This document shows positions 21,037 through 30,723 of a stretch of 64,000 bases of DNA, piece after piece. The stretch's first letter is position 1. Every line of letters begins with the position of its first letter. The notes under the pieces were generated by a model. It was not told where the DNA came from and ran no database searches. It saw only the letters and a program-made list of their open reading frames with translations. Source of the DNA: Polyangiales bacterium (GTDB lineage: Bacteria; Myxococcota_A; Polyangia; Polyangiales; Ga0077539). The translations under genes and the position numbers were made by a program. The stretch is taken from NCBI GenBank assembly GCA_044229975.1, contig JBGARZ010000023.1, positions 88,188-152,187 of the forward strand. Reading direction: 5' to 3'.

Positions 21037-23277
21037 ATGGCGCGCGAGAACAACTTTTTGCTCGGTCGCGGTGAGCGCCTCACCGAGCCCGTCGAAGTGC
21101 CCTCGGGCGGAGGCGACAAGAACCCTCCCTACGACTTCGACAACGCCCGCACCCGCGTGGCGCAGAGGCTCGCTGTTGCGGGGGACACGATGCGGTCGAT
21201 GCCAAGAGACGCCTGCCCGCGCGGCGAGGCGGTCGCGATCCTGACCATGCACCCCCGCTACATTTCGAAGAGCGATTTTCCCAACGAGTTGCTGATCGCC
21301 GCCGGCGTGCGGGCGGTGGGCAGCCGGTCGCGCGCCGTCACGCCCGAGCGGTGGGGCGTGCAGCTCCATCCGGTGCGCGCCGTCACCGAGGAGATCTTCA
21401 TCGCGGGACCCCGCGACAACTTCACCCGGTGGGCGGCGCAGGTGAGCGCGTGGACCGAGCAGACCCGCGGCGCGCGCCACCTGACCCACGTCGAGGACCT
21501 GGCCGCCTTCACGGCGTCCGAGAAGCTCCGCGCGATCCCTGCGAACCGGGACGAGGTGCTCCTCGAGGTGGTGCTCCACAACGCCGACGACGAGGGCATC
21601 GTCGAGGCTTTCGAGGCCTACGCGCTGCGCCGCGGGGCGCGGCCGCTCATGGAGCGCCTGCGCCGGGTGCAGGGCCTGGGGTTCGTGCCGGTGAGGGCGG
21701 CGGCCGAGAGGGTCGGCGAGTTGGCGGCGTTCACGTTCGTGCGCGTCGCGCGCGGGATGCCCTCGCTGCGCCCTTGCGAGCCGGGGGTGCTCCGCGTGGT
21801 GGGCGGGTTCCCGGTCAACCTGCCGACGGAGGGCCCCCTCGACAACGAGGTCCGCGCGGTGGTCTTTGACGGCGGCCTGCCGAAGTCCGAGCGCGCGCGG
21901 CTCGCCCCGTGGGTCACGTACGTCGAGCCGGCGGGCATCGGCCCCGCCGTGCCTCAGTACGAGGCCCACGGCCTGAGCGTGACGGCGGCGCTGGCCTTCG
22001 GCCCCCTCTCGAAGGCGGGTCCGCTGCCGCGACCGCTCTGTCACATCGACCATGTGCGCATCCTCGACGACGGCACGGGCACGACCCCGAGCGACCTCGA
22101 GTGCGTGGACGCCCTCGACCGGATCCTGGGCTTCCTGGAGGCGCACCCGGCCGAGTACGGGTATGCCAATATCAGCGTGGGTCCGAACATCGCCGTGGCA
22201 GACGACGAGGTCACCCTTTGGACCGCCTCGCTGGACGAGCGGTTCGCTCACGGCGCGATCCTCGCGACCATCGCCGCGGGCAACGACGGAGAGCTCGACG
22301 CGGAGAGCGGCGCCAACCGGGTCCAGCCGCCCGCGGACGGCGTGAACGTGCTGGCCGTCGGCGCGTCCCACCGGCCCGGGTCCGCCTGGCAGAGGGCGGC
22401 CTACAGCTGCGTCGGCCCGGGGCGCAGCCCCGGCGTGGTGAAGCCCGATGGCGTGGCGTTCGGCGGCTCCGACGAGGAGCCCTTTATGGTGCTCGGACCC
22501 GGCCTCCGCGCGCGCGGCGTCCAGGGCACCAGCTTCGCGTCGCCCTTCGCGCTGCGCAACGCGCTGTCCGCGCGCGTGCAGATCGGCAGCGACCTCGCGC
22601 CCCTCACCGCCCGCGCGCTGCTGATCCACCGGGCGGACCCGGCCAAGCACCCCCAGCCCCACGTCGGCTGGGGTCGCTTCGAGTCGGACTCATCGATGTT
22701 GGTCACCTGCGACGACGACGAGGCGGTCGTGGTGTTCCAGGGCGAGCTCCCTGTGAAGGAGCACCTTCGGGCGCCGATCCCCCTCTCGCAGGTGGCCTTG
22801 GCGGGGAAGGTCACGCTCTCGGCGACCCTCCTGATCGCGCCCGAGGTCGATCCGGGCTACCCCGGCGTCTACACGCGCAGCGGGCTGGAGGTCTCCTTCC
22901 GCCCGCACCGGGACAAGTTCAAGCGGTACGACGACGGCTCGACGTCCGCTCACCCCAAGACGGACTCGTTCTTTTCGGCGGCGCACCTATACGGCGTGCC
23001 CGAGTACGAGACCCGCGAGGATGGTCACAAGTGGGAGCCGGTGCTGCGCAGCTCCCGGACGTTCCTCGCGTCGTCGCTCAAGGAGCCGTGCTTCGACATC
23101 TACTACCACCACCGCAGCAAGGGCACGGCGGCCGCCGAGCAGCATCCAATCCCCTACGCGCTCGTGGTGAGCGTGAAGGCCCCGAAGGTGGCCGACCTCT
23201 ACAACCAGGTCGTGCGCGCCTACGCGAACATCCTCGTGCCGATGCGGCCGCGCGTGCAGATCCCCCTGTCGGCCTAG
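21037..23277 (+). CDS. S8 subtilisin-like serine protease (IetS-like)
   Basis: VFDGG (Asp), HGLSV (His), AAGNDG oxyanion, GTSFASP (Ser), KPD; no signal peptide; follows the AAA ATPase. Confidence 0.9.
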   Translation: MARENNFLLGRGERLTEPVEVPSGGGDKNPPYDFDNARTRVAQRLAVAGDTMRSMPRDACPRGEAVAILTMHPRYISKSDFPNELLIAAGVRAVGSRSRAVTPERWGVQLHPVRAVTEEIFIAGPRDNFTRWAAQVSAWTEQTRGARHLTHVEDLAAFTASEKLRAIPANRDEVLLEVVLHNADDEGIVEAFEAYALRRGARPLMERLRRVQGLGFVPVRAAAERVGELAAFTFVRVARGMPSLRPCEPGVLRVVGGFPVNLPTEGPLDNEVRAVVFDGGLPKSERARLAPWVTYVEPAGIGPAVPQYEAHGLSVTAALAFGPLSKAGPLPRPLCHIDHVRILDDGTGTTPSDLECVDALDRILGFLEAHPAEYGYANISVGPNIAVADDEVTLWTASLDERFAHGAILATIAAGNDGELDAESGANRVQPPADGVNVLAVGASHRPGSAWQRAAYSCVGPGRSPGVVKPDGVAFGGSDEEPFMVLGPGLRARGVQGTSFASPFALRNALSARVQIGSDLAPLTARALLIHRADPAKHPQPHVGWGRFESDSSMLVTCDDDEAVVVFQGELPVKEHLRAPIPLSQVALAGKVTLSATLLIAPEVDPGYPGVYTRSGLEVSFRPHRDKFKRYDDGSTSAHPKTDSFFSAAHLYGVPEYETREDGHKWEPVLRSSRTFLASSLKEPCFDIYYHHRSKGTAAAEQHPIPYALVVSVKAPKVADLYNQVVRAYANILVPMRPRVQIPLSA

Positions 23278-23367
23278 CGTCGCCCACCGGTCCCAGACCC
23301 GACGAGCGAACTCGTTCCCGCGCACGGCCTTTGAGGGCCTCCACCAACCCCGATCATCGAGAGAGCC

Positions 23368-23529
23368 ATGACCACTAAGAAGCCGAACATCGAGCGCCAA
23401 CACCCCGACCCGCGACCCCCGCGCCAGGGCGAGTTTCGCCAAGACCACGGGCGGGAGCCGGGCCTGATCACCAACCAGATGCCGAAGGAGAGCAACCCTC
23501 CTCCCGCGCCGCCGGCCGACAAGAAGTGA
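23368..23529 (+). CDS. Small Pro-rich protein (53 aa), below the ORF-track cutoff
   Basis: ATG 23368 after GAGAG; MTTKKPNIERQHPDPRPPRQGEFRQDHGREPGLITNQMPKESNPPPAPPADKK*. Confidence 0.55.
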   Translation: MTTKKPNIERQHPDPRPPRQGEFRQDHGREPGLITNQMPKESNPPPAPPADKK

Positions 23530-23556
23530 TTCCGTAGAAGGCGGTTCAAGCTCCTC

Positions 23557-24573
23557 GTGGACGTCGGTTGCACTCCCATCCTCAGCTTCGTCGGCACCCT
23601 CCTCGCCTTGGGGGTGACCAAGACTTTCGAGCGGGTGCTGACGCGGCGCCAGGACGCGAGCGACCTGGCGAGGGACGTCCTCGTGGACTTCGCGAGCACG
23701 CTGACCAGCGTAGAGCGGACCCTCGCGGTGCTGGCCCGCGAGCCCGCGGTCTCCCGGCGCGAAGACCTCCCAAGCATTTCGAGCGCGTTCAGCCGTAGGC
23801 CTCCGACCATCTCGCTCGAGCGCATGCTCAACGTCTTTCACGACGAGCGCCTCCACCGCTCCCTGATGCTCTTCTTCGACCGCCAAGCGCTGTTCGCGGA
23901 AAGCTCGGACGAGCGCCGAGCCGCCTTCTATTGGTTGATCGACCGGCCGGAAACGTCCGCGGAGGACCTAGCGGCTCAGGAGCGGCTGGGCGTCATCCGG
24001 TACTCGCGGGTGCAGATGACGCAGCACTGCTCGGACATGCTCAGGCACGGATACGAAGTGATCGAGCACCTCTTCGACCGCGCGGAGCGGGCGTTCGCAC
24101 CCATGAGGGCGGACTTCGCGGAGACGCGGGCGTTCCTCAAGTCTAAGTACGGCCTGGACTCGGAGACGATCCGCTTGAGGCGCGCGTACTACAGCGCCGA
24201 ACGGATCGAAGACGACGAGGCGCAGGCCGCTCCGTTCGAGCCCAGCCTCGCCTACGGCCTCACGTCGTGGGAGGGGCCCCTCGCCAACGAGGTGGCCGCC
24301 CGCGGAGGCTGCCTCCAACTCCGGGTAGAATCCCCCTCGCAGGAATGCCGCCTGCTCCTCTCGCTCTCGCCCGAGACGGAAGTCGCTCTGCCACGCAACG
24401 CTCGCGTGGTCTGCGCTCACGTATGCCTGCGGGGCACCGGAGCGGGTGGTGTTCACCACGCGGTGAATCTCGAGCAACTCGACGTGACCAAGCCGCCCGT
24501 GGTGGGCCGCGTTCGACTGGAGGGTCCCTCGCTTGCGCGGTTGGGAGACGCCCTCCGAGAGCGGGGCCAATGA
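23557..24573 (+). CDS. Hypothetical protein with N-terminal hydrophobic segment
   Basis: 338-aa protein-like ORF co-oriented with the defence genes; no family recognised. Confidence 0.6.
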   Translation: MDVGCTPILSFVGTLLALGVTKTFERVLTRRQDASDLARDVLVDFASTLTSVERTLAVLAREPAVSRREDLPSISSAFSRRPPTISLERMLNVFHDERLHRSLMLFFDRQALFAESSDERRAAFYWLIDRPETSAEDLAAQERLGVIRYSRVQMTQHCSDMLRHGYEVIEHLFDRAERAFAPMRADFAETRAFLKSKYGLDSETIRLRRAYYSAERIEDDEAQAAPFEPSLAYGLTSWEGPLANEVAARGGCLQLRVESPSQECRLLLSLSPETEVALPRNARVVCAHVCLRGTGAGGVHHAVNLEQLDVTKPPVVGRVRLEGPSLARLGDALRERGQ

Positions 24574-24733
24574 ACGGGATGCAAGACAGTCGTGTGCCGC
24601 GCGAACCCCGCGTCCCTCGGCGCGAAGTCGCGTTCAGATCACAAAACGCCCGGCAACCGGTCGCCGGGACAGGAGCACGAACAGGTGGCGAAACTTGTCC
24701 GTCGAGCGCGACTGGCTCCAGTGTCCCGATCCC

Positions 24734-26191
24734 ATGAAGCTCCTCGACCACTTCAGCGAGTTTATGACCGAGGTCGTGAACCTAAACGACACGCGGGTGG
24801 ACCAGCTCGAAAAGAGCATCGTCACCCTCAAGGGAGTCATCCGCGGTTCCGCCTGGGGGCCAAAGGTGAGTTCCTTTGAGGCTCAAGGATCGTGGGCCCA
24901 CAAGACGATCATCAGGCCTGTCGGCGACAACGCCTTTGACGCCGATCTGCTCGCCTTCGTGGAGCCTGTCGAGGGATGGGACGCCCGGAAGTACCTCACC
25001 ACCCTCCGCTCGGTGTTCGCCAGCCTCGCCCCCTACGAAGGGAAGGTCACCCGCTCGTCGCACTGCGTGACGATCGAATATGCCGGAGAACGCAAGATCG
25101 ACATCGCCCCATGTGTCGTGGACAGGACGGGCGTTCCTCGCTTCGAGGTATGCAACCACGATCGGAACGAATTCGAGGAATCGGAGCCGAAAAAGTACAC
25201 CGACTGGTTTGTCCAGCGGAACGCTTGGACGGGTGGCAACGGCCTCCGCAAGGTGACCCGGCTCCTGAAGTATCTGCGCGACATCAAGGGCACGTTTACC
25301 TGCCCGTCGGTTCTCTTCACCACCCTGCTTGGCTACCGGATCGACTGGCTCGACGATGCCAACTCAAAAGAGTTCAACGATTTGCCGACGTCGCTCAAGA
25401 CCATCACGAGCCGTCTGGACGACTGGTTGCAGACGCGACCGTTGCGGCCGAACGTGACCAACCCGGTCCTGCCTTCCGAGGCCTTCAGCGACTTGTGGGA
25501 CGATGCGCAGTACGCGAACTTTCGAGAGCGAATCCATACGTACCGCGCCTGGATCGACGACGCCTACGACGAGACCGACCCCGACGAGAGCATCGGTAAA
25601 TGGCAGCGAGTGTTCGGCGATCAGTTCGCCAAGAACGCCGCGATGGAGAAGGCCGCCTTGGTGTCGGAGGACGCCGCTAGCCGCCTTTCGGAAAGCACGA
25701 TACTTGCGGGCCCCGGCTCGCGGGAAGACCTAGTCGCACTCTTCACCCGCTTCGGGCGACAGATCCTGCCGAAGGGGTTCGACAGGCTCCCGCACAAGCA
25801 CCGGCCACGCTGGCCTGCACTCTCGAGACCTCCGTTTCGGGTCAGCGTTGTGGCCAACCGTCACACCGCCCGAAACGGCGACTGGATTGCGCCGGTGGCC
25901 TCCGGGGAGGGCCCTTTGCCTAAGCACCACTGGCTCCAGTTCCGGGCTCGTACCGAAGACGGCTCTCCTCTAGCGGCCAACTTCGAGGTCCATTGGCGCG
26001 TGACCAACACCGACCGGGCGGCCAGGGAAGCCGACTGCCTGCGCGGGTGGTTTGATAGGGGCAACGACGGAGCATCCCGTTGGGAGCGACTCCAGTACCG
26101 GGGCGTCCACTCCGTGGAGGCCTTTGTCGTGCGCAGGGACGACCAGATGTTGGTGTCCCAGAGCGATCCCTTCTACGTGGTCATCGAATAG
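24734..26191 (+). CDS. cGAS/DncV-like nucleotidyltransferase (SMODS) with C-terminal AGS-C domain
   Basis: QGSWAHKTIIRP..FDADLL, HCVTIEY..IDIAP, RLLKYLRD, SVLFTTL, NPVLPSE; C-terminal WRVTNT..A...CLRG..ERLQYRGVHSVEAF. Confidence 0.9.
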   Translation: MKLLDHFSEFMTEVVNLNDTRVDQLEKSIVTLKGVIRGSAWGPKVSSFEAQGSWAHKTIIRPVGDNAFDADLLAFVEPVEGWDARKYLTTLRSVFASLAPYEGKVTRSSHCVTIEYAGERKIDIAPCVVDRTGVPRFEVCNHDRNEFEESEPKKYTDWFVQRNAWTGGNGLRKVTRLLKYLRDIKGTFTCPSVLFTTLLGYRIDWLDDANSKEFNDLPTSLKTITSRLDDWLQTRPLRPNVTNPVLPSEAFSDLWDDAQYANFRERIHTYRAWIDDAYDETDPDESIGKWQRVFGDQFAKNAAMEKAALVSEDAASRLSESTILAGPGSREDLVALFTRFGRQILPKGFDRLPHKHRPRWPALSRPPFRVSVVANRHTARNGDWIAPVASGEGPLPKHHWLQFRARTEDGSPLAANFEVHWRVTNTDRAAREADCLRGWFDRGNDGASRWERLQYRGVHSVEAFVVRRDDQMLVSQSDPFYVVIE

Positions 26192-26230
26192 ACCGTGGCC
26201 AGCCTGCGCTGGCCGCTGTGAGGCAAACCG

Positions 26231-27154
26231 ATGAACCAGATTCCGAACCTCCAGAACGAAGAAGCGCAGCTCAAGCTACGGCGGGCCTGCAAACGCTTCT
26301 ATACGCTCGCCACCTGGGTGATGGCGTCCCAGCTTGTTCTCACACTGGGCCTTCCGCTCGTAGGGGCGACCCTCACGATCTTCTGCCCCGCGGTGAGCGC
26401 CTATGTGGCTTCGGTCTCGCTCGTGGTGCTCGTGCTCGACGTCCTCGTGCTTGACCGTCAGCACAAGTTGCTGATGAAGCGCGCCGCGAAGATCGCCGAG
26501 CAGTTCGACTGCGCCGTTTTGGATCTGCCTTGGGACCAGTTCATCGTCGGGGACAGAGTCGAAGCGGAGGACGTCCACAGGGCAGCAACGGACTTTGCGG
26601 CATCTCACGACGACGCGGAGCTTCGAGGGTGGTACCCCGAGGCCGTGGGGGCTGCGCCTATGCACCTTGCACGCATCATCTGTCAGCGCTCCAACCTTCG
26701 CTACGACAGCAAGCTGCGGCGCAGCTACGGCACAGCGATCGTTGCTGTCGTCGTGGTCGTGCTGATCGCCCTATTTGCCTCCGGCTTGGCGCGCGGACTC
26801 TCGCTGACCGCCTGGGTGTTGAGCATGGTTCCAGCCTCGTCCATGCTCGCCTGGGCGGTCCGCGAGTACTACCGCCAGCGCGACACCGCCGACTTCTTGG
26901 AAGACCTGATGAAGGAAGCCAAGAAGCTGTGGGGGCAGGCGCTCGGAGGCTCCTGCGACGCCGAGGGCTGTCGGCAGAAGTCGCGCGAGTTCCAGAACGC
27001 CATCTACGCGCGTCGAGCCACAAGCCCGCTCGTCATGCCGTTCCTCTACCGCCTTCAGCGCGCGAGGCTGGAAGACGAGATGAAAGAAGGCGCGGCAGCT
27101 TGGCTGCGCGAACTCAACGAGACATCCGTGGCCTCCGATCTCGGGGGCCGATAG
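26231..27154 (+). CDS. SMODS-associated 4TM effector (S_4TM)
   Basis: Two TM hairpins; QNEE, AAKIAEQFDCAVLDLPW, WY, CQRSNLRYD..LR, QNAIY..R motifs; directly after the CD-NTase. Confidence 0.85.
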   Translation: MNQIPNLQNEEAQLKLRRACKRFYTLATWVMASQLVLTLGLPLVGATLTIFCPAVSAYVASVSLVVLVLDVLVLDRQHKLLMKRAAKIAEQFDCAVLDLPWDQFIVGDRVEAEDVHRAATDFAASHDDAELRGWYPEAVGAAPMHLARIICQRSNLRYDSKLRRSYGTAIVAVVVVVLIALFASGLARGLSLTAWVLSMVPASSMLAWAVREYYRQRDTADFLEDLMKEAKKLWGQALGGSCDAEGCRQKSREFQNAIYARRATSPLVMPFLYRLQRARLEDEMKEGAAAWLRELNETSVASDLGGR

Positions 27155-27616
27155 GTACGGTCGCTCACTGCAGCGTACTCGTTTCTTGGATAGGATCGAC
27201 CGTACCCAGTGCGCGATCCCCATGCCAACGATGCCATTGCGCTGCTTGCGAGCGCCCGCGCCCCGTAGTGGACGCCGCGCCCGACGTGGCCGTCATCGCG
27301 CCAACCGACGGCCGCCGACGCGCTCGATCGCATGCGGGCTCTGGAAGCCCGCTTCCTCGGTCTCCATGGCGACGCCGGCCTTGCCACCGTTCACTCCGGC
27401 GTCGAGTGGCTCCCCGGGCTCAACTGACCGACACGCGCGACCGCGAACTCGACGAGGTCTTCACCGCCTCGCCCCCTGCCCCCTGCCCCCGCGCCGTCTT
27501 CCTCGCGCTCTGCCGTCGGTACATCCAACGCCGGGTGGCAAAGAAGTGCGCCCTACGACCGTAGGGGCGCCCGTGCGGGGTTTCGGGCCGGAGGCTGCGT
27601 GGTACGTTCCGACCCG

Positions 27617-28816
27617 GTGCAGATCCGCGCGCTGAACGTGAGCAACTTCCGCAGCCTTGGTTACGACGTGCGGATCGAGTTCCCCCGTGAGGGCACCCGG
27701 CTGATCGTACTCGCGGGGGGCAACGGCGCGGGTAAGAGCAACGTCCTCGACGCCTTCGAGTTCGTGGGTGACGTGACCCGCGTCGGCATCGACGTCGCCA
27801 TGACGGCGCGTGGTGGCGAGGGCTCGGTGCTCCGCGAAGGCAGTGATTATCTCGAGCTGGCGGTCGAGTTTGAGTACGGAGAGGGCCGCCTCGTCTGGGG
27901 CATTGGATTCTCCAGACACGACACGCTGTGGGGGCGCGGCTGGGAGTGGGGGTACGCGGTGCCGACGCGCTCCCTCCCCGGCTACGACGCCGCGCTTCAG
28001 GCGGCGCTGGGCGGCGAAGGCGTGCGGACCAGAGAGCTCGGACGCGCGGGGGTGCTTCACGACCTTCCCGATCGGGGGAGCTTCGCGGAGGCCGCGTGGG
28101 AGGAGGGCAACCTTTCCGGGACGCAGAGCGGTGGCCTCGCCGAGCACGCGCGTACCAACGTTCGCTGGCGGGCCGTGAGGGAGCACCTCGCTGCGTGGCG
28201 CACGTACGTGCTGCCGATCGAGACGATCCGCGACCCGAGGTCGTCGGGGGTGGAGCGGGTGATGGTGCGTGACGGGGGGAACTGGCCGTCCGTGCTCCGG
28301 TCGCTGGACCCGGCGGGGCCGGGTCTGGAGCTGCGGGCCGCCCTCTGCCGTTTGGTGCCCGACCTGACCGACTACGACGTGCTCGACGCCGGAGGTCGCA
28401 ACATCGCGCGGTTCCAGCACCGCGGTGCCGGGGGCGACCTCTGGCGGGCCGCGCCGCTGGAGTCGGACGGGACCCTGCGCGCTGCGGCCCTCCTCACGGC
28501 AACACTGCAGCGCCCCCTGCCCGTGCTCCTCGGCGTCGAGGAGCCCGAGACGGCCATCCACGTCCGGGCCCTGGGCGTGATCGCGGACTTCCTCCTGGAC
28601 GCCGCCGACCACGCACAGGTCGTCCTCACGACCCAGAGCCCCGACCTGCTGGATCTCCTCCCGCCGGACGCCGTCCGGGTCGTGACGCGCGACGAGCGCG
28701 GGACCACGGTTCACCCGCTCGACCCCGTGCAGCGGGCCGTCCTCCAAGCGGGTGGCGGGACCGGCGCCCTGCTCCGCGAACAGGGCCTGATCGCTGCCGA
28801 GGCGGCCCGTGGGTAG
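27617..28816 (+). CDS. ABC-type ATPase (AAA_21/AAA_15 family)
   Basis: NFRSL, GGNGAGKSN Walker A, SDGTLR signature, VEEPETAIH Walker B/D-loop, TTQSPDLL. Confidence 0.88.
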   Translation: MQIRALNVSNFRSLGYDVRIEFPREGTRLIVLAGGNGAGKSNVLDAFEFVGDVTRVGIDVAMTARGGEGSVLREGSDYLELAVEFEYGEGRLVWGIGFSRHDTLWGRGWEWGYAVPTRSLPGYDAALQAALGGEGVRTRELGRAGVLHDLPDRGSFAEAAWEEGNLSGTQSGGLAEHARTNVRWRAVREHLAAWRTYVLPIETIRDPRSSGVERVMVRDGGNWPSVLRSLDPAGPGLELRAALCRLVPDLTDYDVLDAGGRNIARFQHRGAGGDLWRAAPLESDGTLRAAALLTATLQRPLPVLLGVEEPETAIHVRALGVIADFLLDAADHAQVVLTTQSPDLLDLLPPDAVRVVTRDERGTTVHPLDPVQRAVLQAGGGTGALLREQGLIAAEAARG

Positions 28817-29459
28817 GGGGTATGTCGTCATCGAAGGCCATGGGGAGGACGCGGCGATCCTCAACCTACTCGTCCGCCTGGCTGATGATCTCGGCCTCCC
28901 CAGGGTCGTCTGGGCGCCCCCCATCCGCCGCAACGCGCTGCATCGCGAAGCGGCCACGCTCGCCCTCTGCGACGACCTGCGTCGGCGGCCCGACTGCGAG
29001 CGGGCGCTGTTGCTCAGAGACGATGAAGACGGCTGCCCCCGTAAAACGGGGCCCGAGGTCGCGTCATGGGTAGTCCAGGCGGCGCTCCCGTTCCCCACAG
29101 CGGTGGTGCTGTTCTACCGCGAGTACGAGACGCTGTTCCTGCCCTGCGCGAGCGCGATGGCGGGGAAGCCGCTGCGCGACCTGAGCGGCGCTGAGCGCCC
29201 GGGATTGCCGCTGGGGGCTACGTGGCAGGGCGACCCGGAGGCGAAGCGGGACGCCAAGGGGGCCATCTCCGCGCTACTCGGCCGCCGCTATAAGGCGACC
29301 ATCGACCAGCTCGCACTGACACGGTTGCTCGACTTCGAGGCGCTCCGCCGGTCGGGCCTCCCATGCTTCGGGACGTTGGAGCGCGCCCTGAGTTGGCTGG
29401 CGTACGCCAAGGAGCCTGGCGTCTATCCGCCACCGCCGCGTGTCGCAATCGAATCCTGA
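28809..29459 (+). CDS. DUF4276-family (TOPRIM-like) protein
   Basis: VIEGHGE, RDDED, REYETLFL, DPEAKRDAK, YK..IDQ; overlaps the ATPase stop. Confidence 0.78.
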   Translation: MGRGYVVIEGHGEDAAILNLLVRLADDLGLPRVVWAPPIRRNALHREAATLALCDDLRRRPDCERALLLRDDEDGCPRKTGPEVASWVVQAALPFPTAVVLFYREYETLFLPCASAMAGKPLRDLSGAERPGLPLGATWQGDPEAKRDAKGAISALLGRRYKATIDQLALTRLLDFEALRRSGLPCFGTLERALSWLAYAKEPGVYPPPPRVAIES

Positions 29460-29474
29460 GCGCCTGCTCCCCAC

Positions 29475-29605
29475 TTCAGCGTGCCCGCCGAGCAGGTCTC
29501 GTCGGGGTGGAGCTCGCCGAGCTCCGCGAGGGACAATGCCGCTTCCCGGTGGCGTTGCGCATCGAGCCCGAGCGGGCGGTGGACGCCGAGGCTATGGGCG
29601 GCCTG
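29475..29605 (+). pseudogene. Internal fragment of a czcA paralog
   Basis: Encodes GVELAELREGQCRFPVALRIEPERAVD, matching GVEVAELREGQRRFPVALRIDPALAVD of czcA (44809-44958). Confidence 0.75.
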
Positions 29606-29806
29606 TGGCATCAACGACCGCTGAGTGGGTCAGGACGAGCCCGGCAAAGCTCGCCAACGGTCATGGGAAGACCTCAGCCAACACGGGGGCTGAGTAATAA
29701 TGCCCGGACCCCTTGTGTTGCCTGCCAAGCACCTTATGGTGGGCGGCCGAGTTTTCTCACGGGGGCCTACACCTCCACCAACGTCGCTTCCTTGCCAGGG
29801 TCACGG

Positions 29807-30628
29807 ATGAACAATCAAGGCTTCTTTTGGGTGGATGTCGTGCGGGAAATTGGTCGCGGCGGCCTTGGGGTCGTGGAAGAAGTCCAAGTTTCACGCTCTA
29901 CCTGCGAATATCCGGTTGGCTTGCGGCTGGCGCGAAAGAAGCTGGGGCCGAAGTGGGCGGCGGACCCGGGCGCGACTGAGCGGTTTGAACGAGAGATTTC
30001 GATGCTCTCCACAATGAGCCACCCGACAATCGTCCCCTTCCGCGGACGGAACGTCAATGGTGAGCGCACGTACTTCATGCCGCTGTACAACAACAGCCTC
30101 CGGCAGGCCATTCTGGCCATGAACAACGTCGGCTTGCCCCTTCGCACTGTCATCTCGATCGGCCTGAACCTGGCGAGCGCGCTCGAATACGCGCACGCGT
30201 GCAACTACGTCCACCGTGACTTGAAGCCCGAGAACATCCTTGTCGCCTCCAACGGCGACTACGTGATCGCGGACTGGGGGCTCGGCCAGTTCATCCATAA
30301 GGAATCGAAGGTGTTCGACCTCACGCGGGGGGCCGGGTTGGGAACTCCGCTCTACTGCCCGCTGGAGCAGTGGGCCAACGGCGAATGTGGGGCGCCTGGG
30401 GACATCTACTCTCTCGGCTTGGTCATGGCGGAGCTCGCTCTCGGTCGTGGGGAGTTGATCACCCAGACGGGCGCTGGCCTGCCGAGAGGCGCCTTCGGTG
30501 CGGTTGCGATGCCCCTGGCCGAGTTTGACCGCATCCTCGCGAAGATGACAGCGATGTTCGCGAAGGATCGCTACCAGAGCATTGCGGGGTTGCGTGCGGA
30601 TCTCTCGGCCCTGCAGCCGCTCTGCTGA
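29807..30628 (+). CDS. Stand-alone Hanks-type Ser/Thr protein kinase
   Basis: IGRGGLGVV, ARK, RFERE, HRDLKPEN, DWG, GTPLYCPLEQ, DIYSLG; no TM or sensor domain. Confidence 0.88.
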   Translation: MNNQGFFWVDVVREIGRGGLGVVEEVQVSRSTCEYPVGLRLARKKLGPKWAADPGATERFEREISMLSTMSHPTIVPFRGRNVNGERTYFMPLYNNSLRQAILAMNNVGLPLRTVISIGLNLASALEYAHACNYVHRDLKPENILVASNGDYVIADWGLGQFIHKESKVFDLTRGAGLGTPLYCPLEQWANGECGAPGDIYSLGLVMAELALGRGELITQTGAGLPRGAFGAVAMPLAEFDRILAKMTAMFAKDRYQSIAGLRADLSALQPLC

Positions 30629-30723
30629 CACGGCTCTGAAAAATTCGAAGGCCACGTTGGCTTTCGGACTACTTAGTGGCGGCGACGGGGCTTCCGAAAT
30701 TCGGCCAGAAGGAAGATGGAACG

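Noticed and set aside
29363..29806. Kinase N-terminal extension suggesting a CzcA-kinase fusion
   Set aside because: Open frame running through a czcA relic and intergenic DNA; the kinase domain begins near 29807
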